IMG/VR virus record: IMGVR_UViG_3300032246_001270
DNA from: a virus
Reading direction: 5' to 3' (one strand)
Length of the DNA stretch: 64,000 bases
In this document: piece after piece, positions 27,289-38,684 of the stretch
Numbering within the stretch: the first letter of the stretch is position 1
Layout of the letters: each line of letters starts with the position of its first letter
Notes under the pieces: generated by a model
Seen by the model: only the letters and a program-made list of their open reading frames with translations
Told to the model about the DNA's origin: nothing
Database searches by the model: none
Made by a program: the position numbers and the translations under genes

Positions 27289-29598
27289 TTATGCTGAGAA
27301 ACTTGCTCCAGTTGGTAAGATGTTGAAATCTATTACAATAAATTCCGCCGTCTTAGCCGGTTGTAAGAAAATTTGTCCTGCTAATATGTTTCTATCAATT
27401 ACATCAGGTGTGTTGTTAGTTTCATCCATTACAACTTTAAATGTATAAAGACCTTGTCTTTGTTGTACAGACTCTAAATAAGGATTAACAGTATTTAAGA
27501 ATCTATTTCTAGTTGTAGATGTATTTTGTTCGAACACTAAGTAACGAGATGTTGAAGCGATAAACTTCTTAAGAACAATAAGTAATCTTCTAACATTGAT
27601 TCTATCTAAAGCTGATGCCTTATCTTGCAATGTTTTCTGTCCAAATGCTACAATACCTTGTCCAGGAAATGCTGCGATTGGGTTTACTTTGTTCTCATAT
27701 AGAGTATCTCTTTCTGAATGTGTTAATCTATTTAATACACTAACTGCTCCAGTGATACCACCTCTATTCAAACCAGCAGGTGCGAACCACTCTGCTGCTA
27801 ATCTATCGTTTGCTGCGAATACAGCGGGCAATAAAGTAGAAGGAGGTACAGTAGTTAATTTATTTGTATTAGTATCAATTGTTTTAACCCAAGGATAATA
27901 ACAAGCTACATAGTTTGAATCAACAGAGTTTGCTTGCTCAGTTACAGTTGTAATATCTGCATCATAATCACTAAAGTCAGCGATGTAAAATGCATCTTGT
28001 CTATCTTCAACCATATCAATTACCTTTTGAGTAATTGCTGGGTGTGATTGTCTATTAATACCCGGTGTTACTACCATATTGATATCCCACTCATCAGGAT
28101 TAGATACAGCGTTAATTGCTTTTGTATATGCAATTGAACCACTTGCTGTTGCTTTAGAACAATCAAATCCTTGCTGATTTGAATTACTCCAATCCACATC
28201 ACCAGCTTTAGCTATTTTTACAGTTGGGTTTGTACCATCAAATCCAAATTGGAATCCTAATACAAATTGTCTTTTAACCATATCTTCTGTCTTAGAACCA
28301 GTCATTTGATATGGTAATAAAGAATCAAATCCAAATGCTGCATTTGCTCCATAAGTTGCTCCATCAGGTATTGGTGCTAAATAAGCTTTATTATCCATAG
28401 ATACACCAGTAGTTTCAAAATCAAAACCACTATAATAAATTGGAGAACCAGCTGAGTTATTTGCTGAACCAGTTTGGTATGTTACTGTAGGAACTAATAA
28501 TTCACTACCACCCACACCAACTTTAATTGGGTTAGTATATGGGTCATGTCCAAATGGTGCTGCTGAAATTGGGTATGAACCTGCATCCATTACTTCAACT
28601 CTTACATATTTTGATTTGTTTGAGTAATCACCATTTTCAGTTATTTTACCATTATTATCAATTGTTCTATGTCTATCACCTATTCTTCTAGCTATAAAGT
28701 TAGGAGAAGCAGGGTCTAAGTTTACATTATTAAATGTTTCAACTACGCTCTTTCTTTTATCAGTATCACCATAACTTCTAATAGTTACAGTAAATGTAGA
28801 ATAATCAGTAGCTCCATCTTCACCAGCTGCCTTTACATTAGAAATACCAACTTTAAATTTAGTATTATATAATGTACCATCACCTAAAGTATAAAATTTA
28901 AAAAGGTCATATCTATCTCCATTAATTGCTTGAGATAAAACCGTTGGAGTTTCTGCTGGTGTAGTATCACCATATACTTGCGTATCTAATGTACGTGCGT
29001 TTACAATAGTACCACCAACAGCATTTGCGTAATGTGTTGATGCTAAATTCTCAAAATATTTGTAAGCGTATCCGTTTTTAGAACCAAATGGAGATTCACC
29101 AAAAATATCTGCTAAATCGTTTGTAGCTGATTGTAAAATTGATGCTGATACCCAGCCCAATGAACCACCATTTAATAGGAATGAACCAGAAATAGAATGG
29201 TTACTTATTGATTGTGGACTAACAAATCCAACTCCGTTATCACCAGCATTAGTTGAATAAATAACACCCACAAGTTTTTCCGCATCAAGTCCACCAGATG
29301 CAAAAATACCTAAAGGTTTAACTTGTTGGTAACCACCAATACCACCAACTCTTACGATGGTTGCTGTTCCAGCTTCTCTTAAATAGTTTTGTACTGCATA
29401 TTCAGTATAATAAGTTCCATCAGGAGTTCCGAAAATATTTTCAAAATCTGATTGCGATGTCACAACTGTTGGGATAAATGCAGGTCCTTGCTTAAAAGGT
29501 CCTATAAATGCTGCTCCAATTTCACCAACTCCTTGCGCTAAGAAGGATAGGTCATTTTCTCTTGTGAATACGCCGGGTGATACGATTCTTTCTGCCAT
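27289..29598 (-). CDS. Tail sheath protein (T4 gp18-like)
   Basis: SPGVFTREND.S, YYPWV, WFAPAGLNRG, LY...VNPI..FPG.G...FGQKTL, RINVRRL, FEQN and P.KTAEFI. Confidence 0.96.
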   Translation of the reverse strand: MAERIVSPGVFTRENDLSFLAQGVGEIGAAFIGPFKQGPAFIPTVVTSQSDFENIFGTPDGTYYTEYAVQNYLREAGTATIVRVGGIGGYQQVKPLGIFASGGLDAEKLVGVIYSTNAGDNGVGFVSPQSISNHSISGSFLLNGGSLGWVSASILQSATNDLADIFGESPFGSKNGYAYKYFENLASTHYANAVGGTIVNARTLDTQVYGDTTPAETPTVLSQAINGDRYDLFKFYTLGDGTLYNTKFKVGISNVKAAGEDGATDYSTFTVTIRSYGDTDKRKSVVETFNNVNLDPASPNFIARRIGDRHRTIDNNGKITENGDYSNKSKYVRVEVMDAGSYPISAAPFGHDPYTNPIKVGVGGSELLVPTVTYQTGSANNSAGSPIYYSGFDFETTGVSMDNKAYLAPIPDGATYGANAAFGFDSLLPYQMTGSKTEDMVKRQFVLGFQFGFDGTNPTVKIAKAGDVDWSNSNQQGFDCSKATASGSIAYTKAINAVSNPDEWDINMVVTPGINRQSHPAITQKVIDMVEDRQDAFYIADFSDYDADITTVTEQANSVDSNYVACYYPWVKTIDTNTNKLTTVPPSTLLPAVFAANDRLAAEWFAPAGLNRGGITGAVSVLNRLTHSERDTLYENKVNPIAAFPGQGIVAFGQKTLQDKASALDRINVRRLLIVLKKFIASTSRYLVFEQNTSTTRNRFLNTVNPYLESVQQRQGLYTFKVVMDETNNTPDVIDRNILAGQIFLQPAKTAEFIVIDFNILPTGASFSA

Positions 29599-29669
29599 TT
29601 TATTTCTACGATTTGTATTTTAAGTGTGTATATGTAATAAGTTACATTAATACTCATATAAATATAAAG

Positions 29670-29719
29670 AAAATGTCCAAAACACAAATTTGTTTATAAA
29701 TCTGCACTTTGGACATTTT
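29670..29719 (-). terminator. 22-bp RNA stem-loop separating the fibre block from the sheath operon
   Basis: In minus-strand RNA, aaaauguccaaa-gugcagauuu [auaaac] aaauuugugu-uuuggacauuuu pairs fully using four G-U pairs. Confidence 0.7.
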
Positions 29720-29739
29720 AAATTTTTATATTAATTATA

Positions 29740-30156
29740 CTATTCTACCGGTGGTGAGTATGTTGGTAACGTTGTACCATCAGGAGTAACACCACTTCCA
29801 GAAGTTGGTGACCAAGGTAAATCGTTTTCATTAACCTCCTCTCTAGACCATTTTTTCTTATCAATATCTCTTTTAACCATTTGCATTATATGTGGCATAT
29901 AGTTTTGAGGTGTAGAACCACTTACTACATTTTTAATCCATCCTAATACAGTTTCTTCATCTAAATTTTCATATGATATAAAACTTCCTGTACTAATTTT
30001 TCTTAAGTCAAATGGTGTTGCTCCACTAAATTCTCCAGAGTATCCATCTTCATCTGTTACTGTTAATTTCCATTGAGTTCCAACAACTGCATTTTCTACA
30101 GTAGGTGTGTGTTGTTTTCTCAATTGTGTTAATTTCCAATCAAATGTGTATCCCAT
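29740..30156 (-). CDS. Small fibre-associated protein, 138 aa
   Basis: Y..W....L.......N.V....W...FI.YE.L.EE.VL.WI...LPW pattern typical of small genes following phage fibres. Confidence 0.65.
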   Translation of the reverse strand: MGYTFDWKLTQLRKQHTPTVENAVVGTQWKLTVTDEDGYSGEFSGATPFDLRKISTGSFISYENLDEETVLGWIKNVVSGSTPQNYMPHIMQMVKRDIDKKKWSREEVNENDLPWSPTSGSGVTPDGTTLPTYSPPVE

Positions 30157-30215
30157 AATATTTTATTTTATGTTTATTATATTGTATAAATATGTTTGTT
30201 TTTTATTTTCAATAA

Positions 30216-33200
30216 CTATGATTTTAATTTCGTAACTTCTGTTTCAAGCTGAGTAACTCTATTTTTAAGAGAGGTTATTTCATTTTTTAATTCCTTAATA
30301 CCTTCTACCAATAGAGGGACCATTCTATCATATGCAACCGTCAAATAGTTTTCACCTGATTTTGAGGTTATAATCGAGTGGTCATCCGGGTCAGGGAAAT
30401 AAGTATCAAATCCAGCTATTGAAACAATTTCAGGTAAAACTTTTTGAACTTGCTGAGCTGATAAACCTACTTGAAGTTTATAACTATCATCATAACCTCC
30501 AGCGGTAAGTGCTAATTCATTACTTCTGAAATAGAAACCATCTAATTGTGAAATCTTATCCAATGCATCAGGAATATTTCCTAATATATTTTTTAATCTC
30601 ATATCAGAATAGTATGCTCCTACATATCCACGGAAATAAGCATTACCACCCATATCAATCTGAACAAACCAAGCTTGTGCAGACCAACCTCCCATTCTCC
30701 AGTTATTATCAGCATCCAATCCCATATTGATTGCGTAGTGTCCACTTCTATGGAACGACATAAATGCAGCGTAGTTGTAATCAGAGTATGCCTGTAATGG
30801 TGGTGAGTTTGTATAGTGGTTATAGTATCCTCTATTTGATGTAAAGTAAAACTGTCCACCATCTCTTGAGTATCCACCATTATTATCCGTTATATAACTA
30901 AAGTTTTGGTTACCATTAGGGTCACAATAATAGTTACCATCATTATAATCCAAATATATTGGAGTAGTCATATAATTTGCAAGATATGTACTTCCTCTAT
31001 ACACATTGAATCTACCACCATCCCAATACCAAATCCAACTATAACGGTTATCATGCAATCCAAAGTTATCTCCCGTTGTAGTCATCAAACAGTGTGTACT
31101 ATCTATGGCGTATCCATACCATCCATTTCTACCACCACCATAAGTTGCTACGTTACCATATGAAGAACCAGAATTATCAGGAGCCCATATACCTCTACCA
31201 TAAGATTGGAAGTATAAACCAGTACCACCTTGCGGTCTGAACCAACCGTCTGAATATACGGAGTTAAATTGGTTTGCACCATTTATATCCATATAGTAAC
31301 CAGTACTATCTCTATCGTAAATAAAGTTTGTTCTTATTTCATAAAGATAAGTTCTTTGGCCTGAATAGTGGTTAATATAAGTTTCGTATCCGTTTTGGCA
31401 ATCTAAGTGTAAGTTACCATTGGTTATAACTGCCGAACCATATCCGTCAATTCTACCATTTGTACCTACTCTCATATATGCACCCCAAGTCCAGTTAGGT
31501 CCGTGGAATATACCACCTCTCATTCTTATACCCTGATTATCTACTCCGTTAAAATCTCCGTAATATCCAGTATCATTGTTATCGTAGAAAACAGGTGCTC
31601 TATAAGATGCGTTTGCAAATCCATTATAAACATCATAATGGTCATAACCATAATAATAGTTATGTCCAAAATATCTAATTGGAGTATTTGTATAATAGTT
31701 GAAATAAATAGATAATCCATTCAATGCATCTAAGTGAGTATTACCACCTAAATACAATCTACCATTTCCGTTTCTATGATAAATCCAATCGTTTACATAT
31801 AAACTTCTAATTTGTGATGTACCATTTGGGTCAGAATAGTATCCAGTATCATTTGCATCATAGTTAATAGTATTGTATAATGCATTTGAATAGTTATTCA
31901 CATTATACATTGCAATTTGATACCAAGAACCAGGGTAAGGCCATGAAGGTCTAAATGATAATACCGTATTACCACCACCAGCTGTCAATTGCCATCCATA
32001 TCCATATCCACCATAAGGAGTATAATGGAACATTTGCATTGTTTGATAGTGAGATGTATCACCTGGTGATTGTCCAATAGAACCCCAGCTTTCACCAAAT
32101 CCAGAACCCCAAGCCATTTGGTCATTAAATGAAGTTGTACCCCATCCTCTTAATCCTGTCCAGTGGTTACTATCTCCAGTATAATCACTTCTTCTATAAT
32201 TCTCTTTTGCTGATAAACCAATTCTATTTTTACCATATGTTGTTAAACCCTGCCAGTTAGAATCTGATGTTGGGTCCATATAGTATCCTGTGTTATCAGA
32301 ATCGTAGAAGACGTTTGCGTATAAACTTCCACCAGCATTATATCCTAACATTGGAACTCTATATCCATTTAGATACATTTCATATACGTTGAAGTAGAAA
32401 TTACTTCTATCAGTATAAATGTGTGCGTGTCCAGAGTTAGCCGGTCCAAATTGAATCCAACCATATGGAGTGTTATGACGGTAACCCCAATCACCACCTG
32501 CTAAGTAGTAACTACCATTACCATAATCCATTGATGATAAACGAGAACGTCCATTAGGGTCTACAAAATATCCTGTATTTTCTGAGTCATACATCAAAAT
32601 TGCTTGGAAATATTGAGCCCATGCAGTAGCTCCAGCATCCCATCTCAAGTTCCAACCTACAAACGATGCAGTTCCACCATATCCCAATCTCCAGTCATTA
32701 CTTCCCTGATTCATCATTAATCCCCAATATGTATTAGGGTTGTTCATTGCATATCCACCATTATTATTATATGCATTTGCTTGATGAGAATATCCATTTG
32801 CTGTGATAAAGTTTCCTCTTACATTACTTACACCATTTGGATTTACATAATAACCCGTATCATCAGAATCATAGAATATTGGTGCTCTCATATCACCATA
32901 TGCCTGTACAACACCATTAGTTGCATTGACATCAAGTGCTAAATAGTTACCACCACTACTATTACTTCTTTGTGTATTTGTTTCACCATAAAAACGGAAA
33001 TGTCCATGTGCTTGGTTAGTTCCAAATGCAATACCATCATAATACCAAATTTTATGGTAGTTATCACCACTTGCACGTACTAATATAGAACCATCATTTA
33101 ATATCAAACCAATACCACCACTTCTACTATTAGATTGTCCAGACCAAATCTCACCAGCTACTCTTACAGATGCTCCTGTTGTATTAGGGTCAATATAATA

Positions 33201-36200
33201 TGTAGTATCATTTGAATCATAGAATATTGGTGCTCTTTTATCACCATCTGAATATGATGTACCTGATGTATGTAATCCATACTGAGGATTTGTAATATTG
33301 TTTATACCAATGTATCCGTTTTCACGCATTAATAAACCAGACCTACCAACTTGTCTAGCATGCAAGTTTATAAATGCCCAACCATAAAAGGTTTCACCAT
33401 CAGATGAACCATTGTAAGTTTGTAATTGGTTTCCAATTGCGTGGTTGTAATCCGCATCACCAGCTAAGAATATTGTATTTCTATTTGTGATGAAACGGCT
33501 GTTCATACTAATTCCGTATAAATTAGATACGGCGTTAGGGTCTAAATAATATGCGGTAGTATCTAAATCATAGAAAATAGGTGCTCTTGCTGAACCAACC
33601 ATTTCCGTATAGTTGTTGATAACTCTCATTACATCACCATACACATTATTCCATAGGTACATATTTGCACCACTAGCGTACCATAAATGATATCTAGTAT
33701 CGTTACGGAATCCTACTGCTGGATTTGCTGAATGATATATTGATACTCCTCTAGTACCACTCATATATCCAGTGGTATCAGTCATACCAACTGCCATATA
33801 TCCATCAGTAGTTAGAGTTGTCAAACGAGATGTACCACCACCATCTATTCTAAATGCTGTATTATCATTATCATACCAAATTGGTGAATACATTGCGTTT
33901 TGGCTTTGTATCCAACCATCTACTCTTAAGTTTAAATCACCACTATCAGAACTCATACGGAATTCTCCAGCAGCACCATACATACCAATTCCAAAATAAC
34001 CCCAATCGTTATATCCAAATCTTAACTTACCACCATATGAACTACCATTATAATAAGGTATTATTATTTGTTGTTGAAGGTCCTGATAAGATGCTTCTCT
34101 TACTGCGGGTAGATAAAAATATGTTTTACTTCCAGCTACACTACCATAACAAGTACCAAATCTTAAATAAACTCTTCTTGTGTTTGAGTGCATTACACCA
34201 TCCGCATTTGAGTTAGTAATATCAATAAGTGTAGAAGATGTTGATGCATATCTATCAGTACCAGCTGAGTTTGCTGCTCCAGATGGGGTTCTCCAACTCT
34301 TTAATTTATATGTAAGTTTAATCCAAGTTCCTCCTGTATTTATTGGGGATGTATGGAAATAAGGATTTGATGTTAAAGTAGTTCCATTTACATCTTGCTC
34401 ATACCAACCAACATATAAGTTATCATTACCTGTACTTCTTACCCAAACACTAAATTCGTAATCCTTTTCAGGATTTACATCAATTAATTCAGTATTATAC
34501 CAGTTATAACATCCAGCAGGGTTACCAGTACCAGTTGATGCATGAGATTGTACTATTGTATTATCTATAAATGCTATTGCTTCTAATGTAGCGTTCACAC
34601 CAACATCAGTACTTACAATATTAAGAGTTGCACCACCTAAGTTTCTAGCTTGAAGTGAATTTACTCTAGAAAAACTATTTGGGTCTAAATAAAAATTCGT
34701 ATCATCAGTATCATAAAATATTGGTGCTCTAAAATCAGATGTTGCTCTAGCAGTACCACTTATATCTAAAGAATATGCCGGGTCGTTTCTATTAATACCA
34801 ACATAACCATTTGTTAATGCGTAAAATGCTGGTGTTGAGTTTCCTCTAGCATAAATCCCAACAGGATATGCTACACCTTGTGAACCTAAAGAATATATAC
34901 CACTACTAAATCCTAATCCCCAATTACCATTCCATCTAATTGCTGCGTTAGTAACCATATTAATGTCACCAGCTAAAGTTAATGCGTTAATATTAGATGT
35001 TGATGCTGGATTTAAATAATATCCGGTATTATCACTATCATAGTAAATTGGTGCGTAAACATTTTGTGAATATGTATATCCGTTAAAATCTACATAAAAT
35101 AATTTAGATGAATCTTTTGTTGCGGATACTACAATTGCACCATAAGTACCAGTACCATTAATTTGTAAACCATAATCAAATCCAGTCTTATCGATTACCA
35201 ATCCCCAATCTGCTCCACTTCTATCAGAAATAGTAACAACAGCATCAGTATTACCAATTGTATATGGATTTGATGAACGATAGAAAATTACTGCTCCATT
35301 ATTTACACCTCCAGCTACCAAAGCATTTAAGTTAGATGTACCACTACTAATATAGTAAGAAGTTCCACCTACATAAATTGTACCATCCGCTCTAAAGTTG
35401 TATGGAGTATAAGTACCACTACTGAATTGGTTAGCTTGATTTAATCTTAAATAAGAATCCGTTACATCAAATACTTGCTTACTATTACCATACAAATAAT
35501 TAGTAAAATATAGTGAACTATTAAATGTACCCTGATTGAATGTTACGTTATCAGTTGTTCTAACATTTTGATTCATTAAATAAACCTCAGTTGCACCTAT
35601 ACCAGTATCTATTGTACCAGTTATTACGATATTACCACTACCACCAATATTACCAGCTACATAAGTATCTGAATCAGCGTACCATCTCAATCCACTTTCA
35701 TTCCAATAGAATTGTTTTGTAGCTTGAGTTCCTCTCTTAACTTCTATACCAGCATTTTCAGTTGGTGTAGTTCCTGCAGTTATATCAGCATTTAATGTGA
35801 TGATATTATCACCTATGTTAAGAGTTGTTGTATTAATATATGTTGTTGTACCACTTACAGTAAGGTCACCACTAATTGTAGCATTACCAGTTACTGCTAA
35901 AGTTGTACCATCAAAAGTTAAGTTTGCATTTACATTTGCATTTGGTGCTCCACTTGCTGCTAATGTAATTACACCATTTGTAGTTGTACCTGTTAATGAT
36001 AATAATCCAGAAGTTCCTGATGTACCACGTGTACCCGATGTGCCACTCGTTCCACTACTTCCTGATGTGCCACTTGTACCGCTTGTGCCACTACTTCCTG
36101 ATGTGCCACTTGTACCACTACTTCCCGATGTGCCACTTGTACCGCTTGTGCCCGATGTACCACTACTACCAGCAGAGCCACTTACTCCAGAAGTTCCTGA

Positions 36201-38684
36201 TGTGCCGCTTGTTCCACTACTTCCCGATGTGCCGCTTGTTCCACTGCTTCCTGATGTGCCACTACTTCCGCTTGTGCCAGAAGTTCCCGATGTACCAGAT
36301 GAGCCTGCCGAACCACTAACTCCTGATGAGCCAGAGGTTCCTGAGGTGCCACTTGTTCCCGATGAACCTGATGTGCCAGATGAACCTGATGTGCCACTTG
36401 TACCGCTACTACCAGCAGAACCACTAACCCCTGATGAACCAGAAGTTCCTGATGTGCCAGAAGTTCCTGATGTGCCAGAAGTTCCTGATGAGCCTGATGA
36501 ACCTTGTGCTCCACTTATTCCTGATGTGCCAGAAGTTCCTGATGTGCCACTCGTTCCACTACTTCCTGATGTACCACTACTTCCTGATGTGCCGCTTGTG
36601 CCAGCAGAACCAGATGAACCTTGCGCTCCGCTTGTTCCAGAAGAACCTGATGTGCCACTACTTCCTGATGTACCGCTTGTGCCGCTTGTGCCAGAAGTTC
36701 CCGATGAGCCACTTGTACCAGCTGAACCGGATGTTCCTGTTACACCCTTAACGCCTGCAATAGATATTGTCCAAGAAGATGCTAATGTTGTTCCTACGTT
36801 ATAATCTGCAGCAATTGCAAATGTTGTACCACCTGTAATAGTTACAGTTCCTTCAAAATAGTTTGAAACATTATTTACTGCTCTTACTCTATCTCCAGTT
36901 ATAAATGCTCCTTGCTGATTTGTTATTAATGTTATTGTACCAGTTGATGCTGGAGTTGCTGATGTTGTTGATGTTACGCTACCATATCCTGCTCCAGCAG
37001 TACCGCTTGTACCCGATGTACCGCTTGTGCCACTTGTGCCAGAAGTTCCTGATGAACCAGAAGTTCCTGATGAGCCAGCTGCACCACTTATTCCTGATGT
37101 ACCGCTTGTGCCAGATGTGCCGCTTGTACCTGAACTTCCATCTTTTCCTGATGTACCACTCGTGCCGCTTGTTCCTGATGTGCCAGAAGTTCCCGATGAA
37201 CCTGCTGTACCACCACTACCTGCAGATGCTGATGTGCCGCTTGTACCAGAAGTTCCCGATGTGCCGCTTGTTCCCGATGAGCCAGTAGTTCCTGAAGTAC
37301 CACTACCACCACCAGCTCCAGTTAAACCAGACGTACCTCCACTTCCAGAAGTTCCTGATGTGCCAGAAGTTCCTGATGAACCACTAACTCCACTAGAACC
37401 CGTTGACCCAGAAGTTCCCGATGAACCACTTATTCCTGATGTGCCGCTTGTTCCACTACTTCCCGATGTGCCAGATGTTCCTGATGAACCACTAACTCCC
37501 GAAGTTCCTGATGTGCCGCTTGTTCCACTGCTTCCCGATGTACCACTACTTCCTGATGAACCGCTTACTCCTGATGTGCCAGAAGTTCCCGATGAACCAT
37601 CCTTTCCGCTTGTTCCTGATGTGCCGCTTGTGCCACTGCTACCACTAGCTCCTGAAGTTCCTGATGTACCGCTTGTGCCAGAACTTCCTGATGAACCGCT
37701 TATTCCTGATGTACCGCTTGTTCCACTACTTCCTGATGAACCTGTACTTCCACTTGTGCCACTACTTCCTGATGTGCCTCTAGTTCCCGATGTTCCGGAT
37801 GTGCCCGATGTGCCACTACTTCCTGATGTGCCCGATGAACCACTTGTGCCACTACTTCCAGAAGTTCCTGATGTGCCACTTGTACCGCTACTACCGCTTG
37901 TACCAGATGACCCAGATGTTCCGCTACTTCCCGAAGTACCACTACTTCCTGATGTGCCACTCGTACCACTACTTCCAGAAGTTCCTGATGAGCCAGATGT
38001 GCCAGAAGTTCCTGAGGTGCCACTCGTACCAGATGTACCAGATGATGCTGCTGAAGTTTTAATACCTACCTTTCCAGTTATTGTATTATAAACTAAAACT
38101 TCTTGAGTTGTTATATCTTGCTGTAACGAACCAGTTCCAAATGTTAATGAACCTGTTATACCTACACTACCAGTAAATTCTTGCTTATCATTTTGTGCAT
38201 CACCAAATTTTGATGAACCACTTGCGTATATTATTGATGTTGAAATATATGTTGTGAAAAATTCAGTTGTTTCAATTCTGCCCTGAACAACTAAATTACC
38301 ACTTATATTTGTATTAACATTTACTGCTAATCCATTATTAGGTGAAATTTGTGCAATTGCTGAGCCTGATTTTATTCTGTATATATCACCAATAGATGCT
38401 GCATTAATATTTGTTAAACCACTACCATCACCTATAAATAAAGATGCTGAAATTGATGAAGATACATTTAATGAGCCTGTTATTTGCTCATTACCTTTTA
38501 TTTGTAATGGAGAAACACCACTTACTCCTATCACATTTGTTTGAATCGCTGAAGCAGTAAAATTTCCTACAACATTTACAGATTCAGATGAAGCATTTAA
38601 AATAGGAGAACCACTTACAAAAAGCGAAACACTATTAATGCTTGTTTGATTTATACCATTAGGAACTTTACCTTCAAACTTCAT
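30216..38684 (-). CDS. Giant tail fibre (2,822 aa) with GTS tract, YD repeats and C-terminal S74 intramolecular chaperone
   Basis: SDMRLKNI...GLSAQQVQKVLPE.V...V.Y..MVPLLVEGIKEL plus a coiled coil (peptidase S74); 12 (R)APIFYD.D.TGYY.DP repeats; carbohydrate-binding-like insert near 34090-34520. Confidence 0.88.
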   Translation of the reverse strand: MKFEGKVPNGINQTSINSVSLFVSGSPILNASSESVNVVGNFTASAIQTNVIGVSGVSPLQIKGNEQITGSLNVSSSISASLFIGDGSGLTNINAASIGDIYRIKSGSAIAQISPNNGLAVNVNTNISGNLVVQGRIETTEFFTTYISTSIIYASGSSKFGDAQNDKQEFTGSVGITGSLTFGTGSLQQDITTQEVLVYNTITGKVGIKTSAASSGTSGTSGTSGTSGTSGSSGTSGSSGTSGTSGSSGTSGSSGTSGSSGTSGSSGTSGTSGTSGSSGTSGSSGTSGSSGTSGTSGTSGTRGTSGSSGTSGSTGSSGSSGTSGTSGISGSSGSSGTSGTSGTSGASGSSGTSGTSGTSGKDGSSGTSGTSGVSGSSGSSGTSGSSGTSGTSGTSGVSGSSGTSGTSGSSGTSGTSGISGSSGTSGSTGSSGVSGSSGTSGTSGTSGSGGTSGLTGAGGGSGTSGTTGSSGTSGTSGTSGTSGTSASAGSGGTAGSSGTSGTSGTSGTSGTSGKDGSSGTSGTSGTSGTSGISGAAGSSGTSGSSGTSGTSGTSGTSGTSGTAGAGYGSVTSTTSATPASTGTITLITNQQGAFITGDRVRAVNNVSNYFEGTVTITGGTTFAIAADYNVGTTLASSWTISIAGVKGVTGTSGSAGTSGSSGTSGTSGTSGTSGSSGTSGSSGTSGAQGSSGSAGTSGTSGSSGTSGSSGTSGTSGTSGTSGISGAQGSSGSSGTSGTSGTSGTSGTSGSSGVSGSAGSSGTSGTSGSSGTSGSSGTSGTSGTSGSSGVSGSAGSSGTSGTSGTSGSSGTSGSSGTSGTSGSSGTSGTSGTSGVSGSAGSSGTSGTSGTSGTSGSSGTSGTSGSSGTSGTSGTSGSSGTSGTSGTRGTSGTSGLLSLTGTTTNGVITLAASGAPNANVNANLTFDGTTLAVTGNATISGDLTVSGTTTYINTTTLNIGDNIITLNADITAGTTPTENAGIEVKRGTQATKQFYWNESGLRWYADSDTYVAGNIGGSGNIVITGTIDTGIGATEVYLMNQNVRTTDNVTFNQGTFNSSLYFTNYLYGNSKQVFDVTDSYLRLNQANQFSSGTYTPYNFRADGTIYVGGTSYYISSGTSNLNALVAGGVNNGAVIFYRSSNPYTIGNTDAVVTISDRSGADWGLVIDKTGFDYGLQINGTGTYGAIVVSATKDSSKLFYVDFNGYTYSQNVYAPIYYDSDNTGYYLNPASTSNINALTLAGDINMVTNAAIRWNGNWGLGFSSGIYSLGSQGVAYPVGIYARGNSTPAFYALTNGYVGINRNDPAYSLDISGTARATSDFRAPIFYDTDDTNFYLDPNSFSRVNSLQARNLGGATLNIVSTDVGVNATLEAIAFIDNTIVQSHASTGTGNPAGCYNWYNTELIDVNPEKDYEFSVWVRSTGNDNLYVGWYEQDVNGTTLTSNPYFHTSPINTGGTWIKLTYKLKSWRTPSGAANSAGTDRYASTSSTLIDITNSNADGVMHSNTRRVYLRFGTCYGSVAGSKTYFYLPAVREASYQDLQQQIIIPYYNGSSYGGKLRFGYNDWGYFGIGMYGAAGEFRMSSDSGDLNLRVDGWIQSQNAMYSPIWYDNDNTAFRIDGGGTSRLTTLTTDGYMAVGMTDTTGYMSGTRGVSIYHSANPAVGFRNDTRYHLWYASGANMYLWNNVYGDVMRVINNYTEMVGSARAPIFYDLDTTAYYLDPNAVSNLYGISMNSRFITNRNTIFLAGDADYNHAIGNQLQTYNGSSDGETFYGWAFINLHARQVGRSGLLMRENGYIGINNITNPQYGLHTSGTSYSDGDKRAPIFYDSNDTTYYIDPNTTGASVRVAGEIWSGQSNSRSGGIGLILNDGSILVRASGDNYHKIWYYDGIAFGTNQAHGHFRFYGETNTQRSNSSGGNYLALDVNATNGVVQAYGDMRAPIFYDSDDTGYYVNPNGVSNVRGNFITANGYSHQANAYNNNGGYAMNNPNTYWGLMMNQGSNDWRLGYGGTASFVGWNLRWDAGATAWAQYFQAILMYDSENTGYFVDPNGRSRLSSMDYGNGSYYLAGGDWGYRHNTPYGWIQFGPANSGHAHIYTDRSNFYFNVYEMYLNGYRVPMLGYNAGGSLYANVFYDSDNTGYYMDPTSDSNWQGLTTYGKNRIGLSAKENYRRSDYTGDSNHWTGLRGWGTTSFNDQMAWGSGFGESWGSIGQSPGDTSHYQTMQMFHYTPYGGYGYGWQLTAGGGNTVLSFRPSWPYPGSWYQIAMYNVNNYSNALYNTINYDANDTGYYSDPNGTSQIRSLYVNDWIYHRNGNGRLYLGGNTHLDALNGLSIYFNYYTNTPIRYFGHNYYYGYDHYDVYNGFANASYRAPVFYDNNDTGYYGDFNGVDNQGIRMRGGIFHGPNWTWGAYMRVGTNGRIDGYGSAVITNGNLHLDCQNGYETYINHYSGQRTYLYEIRTNFIYDRDSTGYYMDINGANQFNSVYSDGWFRPQGGTGLYFQSYGRGIWAPDNSGSSYGNVATYGGGRNGWYGYAIDSTHCLMTTTGDNFGLHDNRYSWIWYWDGGRFNVYRGSTYLANYMTTPIYLDYNDGNYYCDPNGNQNFSYITDNNGGYSRDGGQFYFTSNRGYYNHYTNSPPLQAYSDYNYAAFMSFHRSGHYAINMGLDADNNWRMGGWSAQAWFVQIDMGGNAYFRGYVGAYYSDMRLKNILGNIPDALDKISQLDGFYFRSNELALTAGGYDDSYKLQVGLSAQQVQKVLPEIVSIAGFDTYFPDPDDHSIITSKSGENYLTVAYDRMVPLLVEGIKELKNEITSLKNRVTQLETEVTKLKS
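36010..38050 (-). repeat. Gly-(Thr/Ser)-Ser tripeptide tract in the 2,822-aa fibre, split by an ~85-aa globular insert (~36740-36990)
   Basis: SGTSGSSGT... repeats in the translation; DNA is GC-richer than the flanks with varied codons. Confidence 0.95.

Noticed and set aside
30216-33000. Diversity-generating retroelement target in the Tyr/Asn-rich fibre tip
   Set aside because: No reverse transcriptase and no template/variable repeat pair seen in this window; cannot be excluded genome-wide.
1002-34362. Short plus-strand ORFs overlapping the replication, tail and fibre genes
   Set aside because: All lie opposite well-supported minus-strand genes and show no recognisable motifs.
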